Of a stretch of DNA of 33,569 nt, positions 1-7,814 are shown one piece after another; position 1 is the first letter of the stretch, and every line of letters begins with the position of its first letter. Both the position numbers and the translations under genes were made by a program. The stretch is from a virus. Its lineage: Duplodnaviria; Heunggongvirae; Uroviricota; Caudoviricetes. Below the pieces are notes generated by a model that was not told the origin of the DNA, did no database searches, and saw only the letters and a list, made by a program, of their open reading frames with translations. The stretch is from the IMG/VR virus record IMGVR_UViG_3300045988_135277, positions 1-33,569 of that record; one strand, written 5' to 3'.

Positions 1-40
1 CTGAGCCTCAAGACGATCCTGAATGTAATAAGCGTTCATG
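1..40 (-). CDS. 5' end of a leftward gene that runs off the window (product unknown)
   Basis: ATG at 38-40 on minus strand preceded by AGGAG-type RBS; N-terminus reads [13 protein letters not shown]; remainder lies outside the window. Confidence 0.4.
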
Positions 41-114
41 GCTGAACTCCTGAAAATGGCTGTGAAAATATCGCCCGCGAAATGCCAGGCTGATTAGGAA
101 AACAGGAAAGGGGA

Positions 115-321
115 TTAGTGATTCAGGCCGTTACCGCGTCCATCGAGAAAAACTTCCACGAGCAAATCACGGGTATAAGTGCGCTCGATGCCGCGATGCA
201 GATAAAGCCGTCCGCGTAAATTAGCTGATGCAGTCCAGGTACCATCTTTGTGTTTGACCAGCATTCCTGGCATGACCGCACCTCGATTAACGGTCTGCGT
301 TCCGTAATGTTGATGAACCAT
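115..321 (-). CDS. hypothetical small protein (68 aa), leftward early operon
   Basis: ORF track; ATG with AGGAG RBS ~5 nt upstream on minus strand; balanced non-repetitive composition. Confidence 0.6.
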   Translation of the reverse strand: MVHQHYGTQTVNRGAVMPGMLVKHKDGTWTASANLRGRLYLHRGIERTYTRDLLVEVFLDGRGNGLNH

Positions 322-597
322 AAAAACTCCTGCCCGTAAGCTGGGCTGCTGAACAAATAAGGGGTTGCGCAGTATCTGGCGGTGGATGGCCGCCGGTTGT
401 CATAACTAAGTCGCCTCGTTGAAGCGACTGAGGTATGAAGTGTTGAGTTGATTTCAGCTGGTCACACCGACGTTCACGCGTCCGTTTCACCCCTCGCACT
501 CCCCGAAGCCTGCTGAAATTCAAGCTGCGGATCTAAGCGGTCATCGCAACGGTGAATCAGGTGATTGCCGTATCGTTGTGTTGTTGCGATGAATTCA

Positions 598-660
598 TTT
601 AAAACTATAGTTGTTTTATCGTCAACAACAAAAGTTGTTTTGTTGGTTGTTATAGATATA
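598..660 (-). promoter_or_regulatory. PL-like promoter with OL-like operator repeats
   Basis: Minus strand reads TTGTTGACgataaaacaactatagTTTTAAA, a near mirror copy of the PR segment at 3152-3181 (gTTGTTGACtaaaaacaaccatagTTTTAAt); additional GTTGTT/AACAAC inverted repeats at 621-650. Confidence 0.5.
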
Positions 661-770
661 ACTGGTTGTATTTAAGATGGATTTATTTTGTGACTTGCAT
701 CGCATAGCGATAACTGAAGGGAGGTTGTGGTGGTTTTTCGAACGGTTTGTGTGATGAGGGGAGGGGACAA

Positions 771-796
771 AAGAAAACCCGGCGCGGTGGCCGGGT
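771..796 (-). terminator. intrinsic terminator closing the cI-distal cassette (tIMM-like position)
   Basis: On minus-strand RNA: stem CCCGGC/GCCGGG with 6-nt loop followed by UUUUCUUUUG; lies 9 nt after the stop of ORF 805..1707. Confidence 0.6.
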
Positions 797-804
797 GCAA
801 ATGA

Positions 805-1707
805 TTAAATTTCTGAGTACAACGCGATAGGTTCTATGAAAAACTCATTTTCTGTTGGTTTACAGAACGTTGACTCGATATTTGCTAATGCATCATTCAT
901 GTTCCATGCTGCACTTCGTATATCAATCATTGCTCTTTCTGAGTCTGTATTATTGATTGTATCTTTACCTGATTGCGTTACTATACCAACAATAGTAAAT
1001 TCTCTGGTCGTTTTTCTGGAGTATAGTTTCACTAACATTTCTGGCGTTAGCTTTAAAAATCCCCGAATTAAGAAAGATGTAAATTTGTAATCATTAATTT
1101 TTTGTGATATTTCAAGCTCATCTCCATAAGCATAATTTAAAACAATTGATAGGTTGTCAAAGAAAGCTTTTTTGTTTTTCATGGCACTTTCTTTTATTTG
1201 TTCTAATAAATTATCGCGAAGTATTTTTAAATCTTTTTTTACATTTGGCTTTGCTGTCTTATCAGAAATCAAGATGTCAATATTTTCTAATTCATCATGT
1301 TTGTGAACATAATGAATAGCATATCCAAGGTCAGTAAAATTTTTAGTGGTATCTTTTAGTTTTTTATAATCATTAATTTCAATAGCACATTTTATTTTTA
1401 CGAATTGTCCTGATTCAATCTCCTCTGGATAAAAATCCCCAGAGGAGATTGATTTGATGAGTCCTCTATGAAACAGTTCTTTTTCAAATTTCAAGTAATG
1501 GTAGTCATGCGGGTTTATAACAGTCGATAGCTTATTTGTATCACTAGTATTACTAGATTTTGTCTGCGTTTTGACCTCGACCGCATCAGAGTTTGATAGC
1601 GTTGATGCCTGCTCTTCTACGGCTGATTGAACAACTCCTTCGAATAACTGTGAACTGAGGGAGTAAACTTTTTCGTAATCAATGTAAATTATATTTTTTA
1701 ACGACAT
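805..1707 (-). CDS. hypothetical soluble protein, 300 aa (cargo in rexA/bstA slot)
   Basis: Long ORF on same strand as cI; conspicuously AT-rich; no family recognised by eye; followed by terminator. Confidence 0.8.
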   Translation of the reverse strand: MSLKNIIYIDYEKVYSLSSQLFEGVVQSAVEEQASTLSNSDAVEVKTQTKSSNTSDTNKLSTVINPHDYHYLKFEKELFHRGLIKSISSGDFYPEEIESGQFVKIKCAIEINDYKKLKDTTKNFTDLGYAIHYVHKHDELENIDILISDKTAKPNVKKDLKILRDNLLEQIKESAMKNKKAFFDNLSIVLNYAYGDELEISQKINDYKFTSFLIRGFLKLTPEMLVKLYSRKTTREFTIVGIVTQSGKDTINNTDSERAMIDIRSAAWNMNDALANIESTFCKPTENEFFIEPIALYSEI

Positions 1708-1718
1708 AGTAATACCTG

Positions 1719-1901
1719 TTATCGATATCTAAGTGCTTTTGCTTTCTCGGCAAAATGCTCACTATTTTTCTTTCTTATGTTTTCAATGGACGCTAGTGCG
1801 TCTTTATATTTTTTGAGGTTATTTCTTGAGAGAAATGCAAGATATACAGGAATGATAACTGTTATTATAAAGAGCAAGATCATTAAATAATACATAATCA
1901 C
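1719..1901 (-). CDS. small single-pass membrane protein (~58-60 aa)
   Basis: ORF track; N-terminal hydrophobic helix (YYLMILLFIITVIIPVYLAF) then charged tail; likely ATG start at 1895, 2 nt from stop of upstream gene, 11 nt before start of downstream gene. Confidence 0.5.
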   Translation of the reverse strand: MIMYYLMILLFIITVIIPVYLAFLSRNNLKKYKDALASIENIRKKNSEHFAEKAKALRYR

Positions 1902-2356
1902 TCCTTGGTTAAAATATCATTATTTATAATAGCACATTGAACGGAGTTTTGTCCAATATATAGCGATATTAAGCATGTAATTATTACTAGTATCTTGGTG
2001 AATGTTAAATCCAAAAGTTCCTCTGCCAACATGCTTATTATGTATATAGTAGAGAAAATCACTATAAAAATAATGGAGAAGGTTGTATTTACTATGAATT
2101 TATTTTCACTTTTGAAACTCGGTTTACCAATGCCAAAGTAAATGCTTGATATTTGTATGGCGAAACCAAAGCATACTAACTCAGTAATATTAAAAAGCTC
2201 AATGTCTTTTTTTATAATCATGAATGAAATCAATCTAATTATAATTGGGATCGCACCAACTATAACTGTCCCACACCACCACTTAAAATAATCAGCATGT
2301 ATATTTCCATTCATTGTAATGGCTTCCGTTTTTCCTATAAATATACGCTCATACAA
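1898..2356 (-). CDS. hypothetical integral membrane protein, ~4 TM segments (152 aa; possible later start at 2314)
   Basis: ORF track; four hydrophobic stretches; first gene downstream of cI on same strand; AT-rich. Confidence 0.7.
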   Translation of the reverse strand: MYERIFIGKTEAITMNGNIHADYFKWWCGTVIVGAIPIIIRLISFMIIKKDIELFNITELVCFGFAIQISSIYFGIGKPSFKSENKFIVNTTFSIIFIVIFSTIYIISMLAEELLDLTFTKILVIITCLISLYIGQNSVQCAIINNDILTKE

Positions 2357-2416
2357 TTTGTCCCGTGGCCAACTATATTTGGCCTATCTCACAAACACAT
2401 AACATTAGCAATAAAA

Positions 2417-3106
2417 CTACCCATGCTTCCTATACGTCTGCGGCATGCTTCCAATGACTTTCCCGAAGATAAACACCCGGTTCATCTCGTCTTTCTCGAT
2501 CGGGTCCCACGGTGAGTAGCTCTTGTTATCAGAGATGACCAGCAGCTTATCCTTCATCATTTGCAGGCGCTTTACATGGGCTGTGTCGTCGTACAGAAAC
2601 GCATAGATACCATCACCGTCGAAAGATTTAACTGTGATATCAACGAACAGCAGATCACCAGGTTCGATCGTTCCTGACATGCTGTCACCACGCACGTTAA
2701 TGATGCGGATATTTTCCGCCTTCCTACCATCGAACATGTGACGAGCATCGTCAAACGAGTACTCAACCGAGCGTAGAACTTCTACAAACTCACGGTTGAT
2801 GACTCCCGGCCCGGCACTGACTTCTATATCAAGAACGTCAATTTTGAAGTATTTGGAATGGCTGACAGTTGATTGTATTGGTTGCACTGTACTGTCTGAC
2901 ATATTTCCAACGCCAGAAGATAACCATTCTGCGCGCACACCCAAAGCGTTCGCGATCTCCACGATTTTAGTTGTTTGGTTAGCTTTCCCTGTTTCGATTT
3001 TCTGAATAGCAGCCTGGCTAACCCCGACCAAATCCCCAAGCGCCTTTTGTGTAAGGCCTCGCGCTAATCTGGCTTCTTTAAGTCTTTCTGAGAGTGTTGT
3101 TTTCAT
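2417..3106 (-). CDS. cI: CI-type prophage repressor (N-terminal HTH, C-terminal LexA/S24-like autocleavage domain)
   Basis: N-terminal HTH motif (LTQKALGDLVGVSQAAIQKIETGK), C-terminal GDSM serine and downstream Lys typical of S24 peptidase fold; divergent to cro across an operator-bearing intergenic region. Confidence 0.92.
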   Translation of the reverse strand: MKTTLSERLKEARLARGLTQKALGDLVGVSQAAIQKIETGKANQTTKIVEIANALGVRAEWLSSGVGNMSDSTVQPIQSTVSHSKYFKIDVLDIEVSAGPGVINREFVEVLRSVEYSFDDARHMFDGRKAENIRIINVRGDSMSGTIEPGDLLFVDITVKSFDGDGIYAFLYDDTAHVKRLQMMKDKLLVISDNKSYSPWDPIEKDEMNRVFIFGKVIGSMPQTYRKHG

Positions 3107-3210
3107 AGATCAAATGTACAACCAAGGTTTTATTTCATCAAACGAAAATGGTTGTTGACTAAAAACAACCATAGTTTTAATCTTGATTCGGATTAACCAC
3201 GGAGGTTGTT
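3107..3210. promoter_or_regulatory. OR operators with PR (-35 TTGACT 3155-3160, -10 TAATCT 3178-3183) and PRM region
   Basis: Divergent cI/cro intergenic region; palindrome TGGTTGTT-N7-AACAACCA overlapping -35/-10; GGAGG RBS before cro ATG. Confidence 0.6.
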
Positions 3211-3441
3211 ATGAACCCAGCAATCAAAACAGCGATCAATATCGTTGGTTCACAAAAGAAACTAGGCGATGCCTGCGAAGTTTCACAGCAGGCCGTCTAT
3301 AAGTGGCTTCACAACAAAGCAAAGGTATCCCCTGAACATGTCGGCAGCATTGTTACGGCTACTGGTGGAGTTGTGAAGGCATACCAGATTCGCCCGGATC
3401 TTCCGAAGTTGTTTCCACACACCGAAAAGAACGCAGCTTAA
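3211..3441 (+). CDS. cro: Cro-like HTH regulator (76 aa)
   Basis: Small HTH protein transcribed divergently from cI immediately after PR; RBS GGAGG. Confidence 0.85.
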   Translation: MNPAIKTAINIVGSQKKLGDACEVSQQAVYKWLHNKAKVSPEHVGSIVTATGGVVKAYQIRPDLPKLFPHTEKNAA

Positions 3442-3453
3442 ATTTCCATTTCA

Positions 3454-3466
3454 CGCTCTTTAACAA
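3454..3466 (+). promoter_or_regulatory. boxA-like element (nutR-type antitermination site)
   Basis: CGCTCTTTAACAA matches the boxA consensus; located between cro and the next gene as nutR is in lambda; no convincing boxB hairpin identified. Confidence 0.45.
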
Positions 3467-3510
3467 TAAGCAATCAACTTAACAGTCAATTCAAACTAAA
3501 GGAGTCAATT

Positions 3511-4050
3511 ATGCAACCACTTACATACCAACAGACTAGCGGATTTATTCCGACTGCGGTGATAAATCGTTCTCAAACAAAACAAGCTCCAGGCCACGAA
3601 AAAATCCGTGATGCCGTCCGCGCCTGGTCGGCTGTAGATAATCAGGATGTCGTTGCCGCACTCATTGTGAATGAGTATCGGGAGCAGGGCGACGGCACCA
3701 TCGATTTCCCTGATGATGTCAGCCGTGCACGCCAGAAGCTGTTCCGCTTCCTCGATAACAAATTCGATTCTGAAAAATACCGAAATAACGTGCGTGAACT
3801 GACCCCGGCAATTCTGGCGGTACTACCGCTGGAATATCGCGGCCACCTGGTTGAGCAGGATAGCTTCATGGCTCGGCTGGCTGAAATGGAAAAGGAACTC
3901 AGTGAGGCAAAACAGGCTGTCATTCTCAACGCACCACGCCACCAGAAACTGAAGGAGATGAGTGAAGGCATTGTGTCGATGTTTCGTGTGGACCCGGATC
4001 TGGCTGGTCCACTGATGGCGATGGTCACCAACATGCTGGGGGCAATATGA
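3511..4050 (+). CDS. hypothetical protein in the cII slot (179 aa; possible lysogeny regulator, family not recognised)
   Basis: ORF track; RBS AAGGAG upstream; position between cro and O. Confidence 0.75.
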   Translation: MQPLTYQQTSGFIPTAVINRSQTKQAPGHEKIRDAVRAWSAVDNQDVVAALIVNEYREQGDGTIDFPDDVSRARQKLFRFLDNKFDSEKYRNNVRELTPAILAVLPLEYRGHLVEQDSFMARLAEMEKELSEAKQAVILNAPRHQKLKEMSEGIVSMFRVDPDLAGPLMAMVTNMLGAI

Positions 4051-5066
4051 CAGGTTCGGAAATGGCGAAAGCCGGTCTGCGCGAACAGAACCGACTTTCA
4101 GGTGCAAATCGTAACACACTCATTGCGGGAGGAATTATGGCAAACACTGCTGAGATATTCAATTTTCCAGTGCCGGATGTGGCACAAAAGGAGCCGCGCG
4201 TGGCAGATCTCGATGATGGTTATACGCGCATTGCAAATGAGTTGCTGGAAGCTGTGATGCTGGCCGGATTAACACAGCACCAGCTTCTGGTCTTCCTGGC
4301 TGTCATGCGCAAAACATATGGCTTTAATAAAAAACTGGATTGGGTGAGCAACGAGCAACTTTCCGAGTTGACCGGGATATTGCCGCACAAGTGTTCTGCT
4401 GCAAAAAGTGTTCTGGTAAAGCGTGGGATTCTTATTCAGAGCGGGCGGAATATCGGCATCAATAATGTGGTCAGTGAATGGTCAACATTACCCGAATCAG
4501 GTAAGAAAAATAAAGTTTACCTGAAAGAGGTAAATTTACCTGAATCAGGTAAGAAAAGTTTACCCAAATCAGGTAAAGGCACTTACCCGAATCAGGTAAA
4601 CACAAAAGACAAACTAACAAAAGACAATATAAAACCTTATTCGTCCGAGAATTCTGGCGAATCCTCTGACCTGCCAGAAAACGACCTTCCTGTGGTGAAA
4701 GCGGATGCTGCGATTCAGAGCGGCAGAAAGTGGGGGACAGCAGAAGACCTGACCGCCGCAGAGTGGATGTTTGACATGGTGAAGACCATCGCGCCATCAG
4801 CCAGAAAACCGAATTTTGCAGGGTGGGCTAACGATATCCGTCTGATGCGTGAACGTGATGGACGTAACCACCGCGACATGTGTGTACTGTTCCGCTGGGC
4901 CTGCCAGGACAACTTCTGGTCCGGTAACGTGCTGAGTCCGGCCAAACTCCGCGACAAGTGGACCCAGCTCGAAATCAACCGGAACAAGCAACAGGCTGGC
5001 GTGACAGTCGGCAAACCAAAACTCGACCTGACAAACACTGACTGGATTTACGGGGTGGATCTATGA
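4047..5066 (+). CDS. O: replication initiator O-like protein (iteron-binding N-domain, lambda-type C-terminal region)
   Basis: Contains internal iterons (ori) as lambda O does; immediately upstream of and overlapping lambda P; N-terminal region has O-like motif LLxxxLxxxQxxVLLAxxRKTYGxNK. Confidence 0.9.
   Translation: MTGSEMAKAGLREQNRLSGANRNTLIAGGIMANTAEIFNFPVPDVAQKEPRVADLDDGYTRIANELLEAVMLAGLTQHQLLVFLAVMRKTYGFNKKLDWVSNEQLSELTGILPHKCSAAKSVLVKRGILIQSGRNIGINNVVSEWSTLPESGKKNKVYLKEVNLPESGKKSLPKSGKGTYPNQVNTKDKLTKDNIKPYSSENSGESSDLPENDLPVVKADAAIQSGRKWGTAEDLTAAEWMFDMVKTIAPSARKPNFAGWANDIRLMRERDGRNHRDMCVLFRWACQDNFWSGNVLSPAKLRDKWTQLEINRNKQQAGVTVGKPKLDLTNTDWIYGVDL
4489..4600 (+). repeat. ori: five ~19-bp iterons TTACC(C/T)(G/A)AATCAGGTAA(G/A) inside O, followed by AT-rich stretch 4601-4650
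   Basis: Direct repeats at 4489-4506, 4516-4534 (degenerate), 4535-4553, 4558-4577, 4582-4600, each internally palindromic (TTACC...GGTAA), ~22-23 bp apart; encode repeated PESGK peptide in O. Confidence 0.75.
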
Positions 5067-5764
5067 AAAACATCGCCGCACAGATGGTTAACTTTGACCG
5101 TGAGCAGATGCGTCGGATCGCCAACAACATGCCGGAACAGTATGACGAAAAGCCACAGGTACAGCAGGTAGCGCAGATCATCAACGGTGTGTTCAGCCAG
5201 TTACTGGCAACTTTCCCGGCGAGCCTGGCTAATCGTGAGCAGAACGAACTGAACGAAATCCGCCGCCAGTGGGTTCTGGCTTTCCGGGAAAACGGGATCA
5301 CCACGATGGAACAGGTTAACGCAGGAATGCGCGTAGCCCGTCGGCAGAATCGACCATTCCTGCCATCCCCGGGACAGTTTGTAGCCTGGTGCCGGGAAGA
5401 AGCATCCGTTATTGCCGGACTACCAAACACCAGCGAGCTGGTTGATATGGTTTACGAGTATTGCCGGAAGCGTGGCCTGTATCCAGATGCAGAGTCTTAT
5501 CCGTGGAAATCAAACGCGCACTACTGGCTGGTTACCAACCTGTACCAGAACATGCGGGCCAATGCGCTTACTGATGCGGAATTACGGCGCAAGGCTGCCG
5601 ATGAACTGGCCTGTATGACCGCGCGAATTAACCGTGGTGAGGCGATACCTGAACCAGTAAAACAACTTCCTGTCACGGGCGGTAGACCTCTAAATCGTGC
5701 ACAGGCTTTGGCGAAGATCGCAGAAATCAAAGCTAAGTTCGGACTGAAAGGAGCAAGTGTATGA
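5063..5764 (+). CDS. P: replication protein P (DnaB helicase loader), lambda-type
   Basis: 233-aa protein recognised as near-identical to lambda P from memory (MKNIAAQMVNFDREQMRRIANNMPEQYDEK...). Confidence 0.95.
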   Translation: MKNIAAQMVNFDREQMRRIANNMPEQYDEKPQVQQVAQIINGVFSQLLATFPASLANREQNELNEIRRQWVLAFRENGITTMEQVNAGMRVARRQNRPFLPSPGQFVAWCREEASVIAGLPNTSELVDMVYEYCRKRGLYPDAESYPWKSNAHYWLVTNLYQNMRANALTDAELRRKAADELACMTARINRGEAIPEPVKQLPVTGGRPLNRAQALAKIAEIKAKFGLKGASV

Positions 5765-6063
5765 CGGGCAAAGAGGCAATTATTTATTACCTGGGGACGT
5801 ATAAGAGCTTCTGTGCGCAGGACGTTGCCGCGGTAACAGGCGCTACAGTAACCAGCATAAATCAGGCTGCGGCTAAAATGGCGCGGGCAGGAATCTTGGT
5901 CATTGATGGTAAGGTCTGGCGAACGGTGTATTACCGCTTCGCTACCAGGGAAGAACGGGAAGGAAAGGTGAGCACGAATCTGATTTTCAAGGAGTGTCGC
6001 CAGAGTGCCGCGATGAAACGAGTGTTGGCAGTGTATGGAGATATGAACTTAAACTTGCTGTGA
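5761..6063 (+). CDS. ren: Ren-like protein (Rex exclusion escape)
   Basis: N-terminal ~90 aa recognised as lambda Ren-like (MTGKEAIIYYLGT...VWRTVYYRFATREERE); overlaps P stop as in lambda. Confidence 0.85.
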   Translation: MTGKEAIIYYLGTYKSFCAQDVAAVTGATVTSINQAAAKMARAGILVIDGKVWRTVYYRFATREEREGKVSTNLIFKECRQSAAMKRVLAVYGDMNLNLL

Positions 6064-6311
6064 CGGTTTTCATCGGTAACACACCATGTAATCTAGCAGT
6101 CAGCTTAGAAATAGGAGCGGCAGTTAAAGATTTTTCAGTTAGTAGAAAATTACTGTTATTGCAGGGATCTAATCACCGGAGAGTCGTTCCATTTGTCTTA
6201 TGATTACCTGATGTCCGTTAGTTCGTTGGTAATCACCGTTTTTGTTAGAGAAGTAAGCATCGCTGACAAAATATTCTCAACGATGCCTGCTTTATTGCCA
6301 CTACAAATTAA

Positions 6312-7814
6312 TTAAATTGCATCTGCAAACTCTGGGGTTTTTCGCTCAGGTATAATTGATGAGTTGTTGTTGTCACTTTTTTTATTTTCATGATTACGAA
6401 TAGCCAATGACTCATTAAAGTCTTTTGCGACTGCTGTCTCAATAAATTCAATTTCTGAATCAGAGTGTTTTTTAAGAGCTTCTTTGATCTCATCCAGAGT
6501 AACATAGAAAAACTCTTTTCTACGATTTACAAGATTGACTCTCTTTTTATCGAAGACATCATGTAGTTTTTTTTCTAATGATGGAGCGTCCTCCGAATAA
6601 ATCATAGCATGCACATCAAAAATAAATGGAACAGATGCATCACCGAGCTCATTTACACGGTCTTGCGGATCAAGACGTCGTGTCATGCCTATTTTATAAA
6701 CATTCTCCCCAAAAGAACCTATGTTCGAAATAATATAAACATGACCTTGTTTGGTTTGTTGTGCCATGGATAATGCTCTTTGATGCTTTGATTCAGCCTG
6801 CGACAAACTCTGTTCTAGTTCGGCAATGCGATTTTCGAGGCGTTGCTTCATGTCACCAGTAACTTTTTCCATTTCCTTTCTTGCAGCTTCAATTGCTTTT
6901 TTATAACGGCGCTCTTCTGCCTCTGCGTCTTGCATGGCCTTTTCTATTTCTCGTTGTGCACGCTCCTCCTCTCTCATTTGTGCCCTTATTTCTGCCTGTT
7001 CTTCTTTTTCTTTCTGTTTTTGCTCACGATATTCATGGGTAAGCCACAATTCCTCAAGTTTTTTATTGAGGTATTTAGTGTTTATATATATGTGATTTTG
7101 CTCGTTTAGTTTATTTATGGCCTCAAATGCCTTTGTGATGCGTTCTTCCATTTTAGTGATATTTTTCCACGTGCAATTGCTAATTGCAGCATCACATTCA
7201 TTATTAAATGCTCTAGTAGTTAACCTGATATTTCTGTCTGTCATTTTTTTACCCTCTGCTCGAGAGCCTTCAACAGTCCATTGGGTTGTACAATATACTG
7301 CGCCAGAGTGGGTTTTATCCCGCAGCATTAATTTCTGTTCATCCCTGATGGATTTTATTTTGTTTTTAAATTGCTCTGAATCTTCAAAATTAAAATGAGG
7401 TTCGTAAAATCCTAGCTCGGCTAGCTCAACATCTTCTGAATAAATAGAAATTTGCCTTACTAGTTTATCATATATTTCTTTCTTCTCTTTATAAGTTCTT
7501 CTTAGCTCTTGGATTTGTTTATTGATACCATCCATTTTTTCAATGGTGTTTGTTAGTTCATTATTGGCATTTTCTTTTGCTTTTTGGGATTCTTCTTTTA
7601 TTATGGAGCATTCTTGCTCTGTTTTCTCAATAAGCTTCTTACATTCTTCTTCTACATTAAAATAATCTGCAAAGCGAGATTTGTATTCTTCATTTTTTTG
7701 ATTGCTATCACTTAATTCTAATTGTATTTTTTTGATGCGTTTGATTGCAGCTATATAAAGAACAAGAACAACCAATAAAAATATGATTGCAAGTAATAGT
7801 GGAGTTTGAGTCAT
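6312..7814 (-). CDS. membrane-anchored coiled-coil protein with C-terminal T5orf172 (GIY-YIG-like) domain, 500 aa (DUF4041-like architecture)
   Basis: N-terminal TM helix (LLLAIIFLLVVLVLYIAAI), ~300 aa K/E-rich heptad-like region, C-terminal motif GHVYIISN...YKIGMTRR...PF...LH..F...R...EFF matching T5orf172 consensus; antisense, AT-rich, flanked by ~250 and ~425 bp noncoding DNA. Confidence 0.9.
   Translation of the reverse strand: MTQTPLLLAIIFLLVVLVLYIAAIKRIKKIQLELSDSNQKNEEYKSRFADYFNVEEECKKLIEKTEQECSIIKEESQKAKENANNELTNTIEKMDGINKQIQELRRTYKEKKEIYDKLVRQISIYSEDVELAELGFYEPHFNFEDSEQFKNKIKSIRDEQKLMLRDKTHSGAVYCTTQWTVEGSRAEGKKMTDRNIRLTTRAFNNECDAAISNCTWKNITKMEERITKAFEAINKLNEQNHIYINTKYLNKKLEELWLTHEYREQKQKEKEEQAEIRAQMREEERAQREIEKAMQDAEAEERRYKKAIEAARKEMEKVTGDMKQRLENRIAELEQSLSQAESKHQRALSMAQQTKQGHVYIISNIGSFGENVYKIGMTRRLDPQDRVNELGDASVPFIFDVHAMIYSEDAPSLEKKLHDVFDKKRVNLVNRRKEFFYVTLDEIKEALKKHSDSEIEFIETAVAKDFNESLAIRNHENKKSDNNNSSIIPERKTPEFADAI

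Noticed and set aside
836-1319. Plus-strand ORFs (84 aa and 71 aa) inside the 300-aa minus-strand gene
   Set aside because: Embedded in a longer ORF on the opposite strand in AT-rich DNA where stop-free runs arise by chance; no RBS; hydrophobic low-complexity translation.
2367-2384. Short inverted repeat (GGCCAA-N6-TTGGCC) between cI and the first cassette gene, considered as a terminator
   Set aside because: No U-run follows on the transcribed (minus) strand; more likely a processing or structural stem-loop, or coincidental; not called as a feature.
3642-4119. Antisense ORFs (130 aa and 98 aa) inside the cII-slot gene
   Set aside because: Overlap a better-supported sense gene; Ser/Arg-rich low-complexity translations typical of the reverse frame of GC-rich coding DNA; no RBS.
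4489-4600. Direct repeats that could be mistaken for a CRISPR array
   Set aside because: Repeats are ~19 bp with ~4-bp spacers, lie inside the O coding frame and are followed by an AT-rich tract; this is an iteron-type replication origin, not repeat-spacer architecture.
4471-5430. Several antisense ORFs (64-151 aa) across O and P
   Set aside because: They lie entirely within O and P, which are confidently identified (P near-identical to lambda P); Arg/Ser/Cys-rich compositions indicate frame artefacts.
6843-7398. Plus-strand ORFs (88 aa and 93 aa) inside the 500-aa T5orf172 gene
   Set aside because: Phe/Leu-rich mirror image of the K/E-rich coiled-coil coding strand; no start context.
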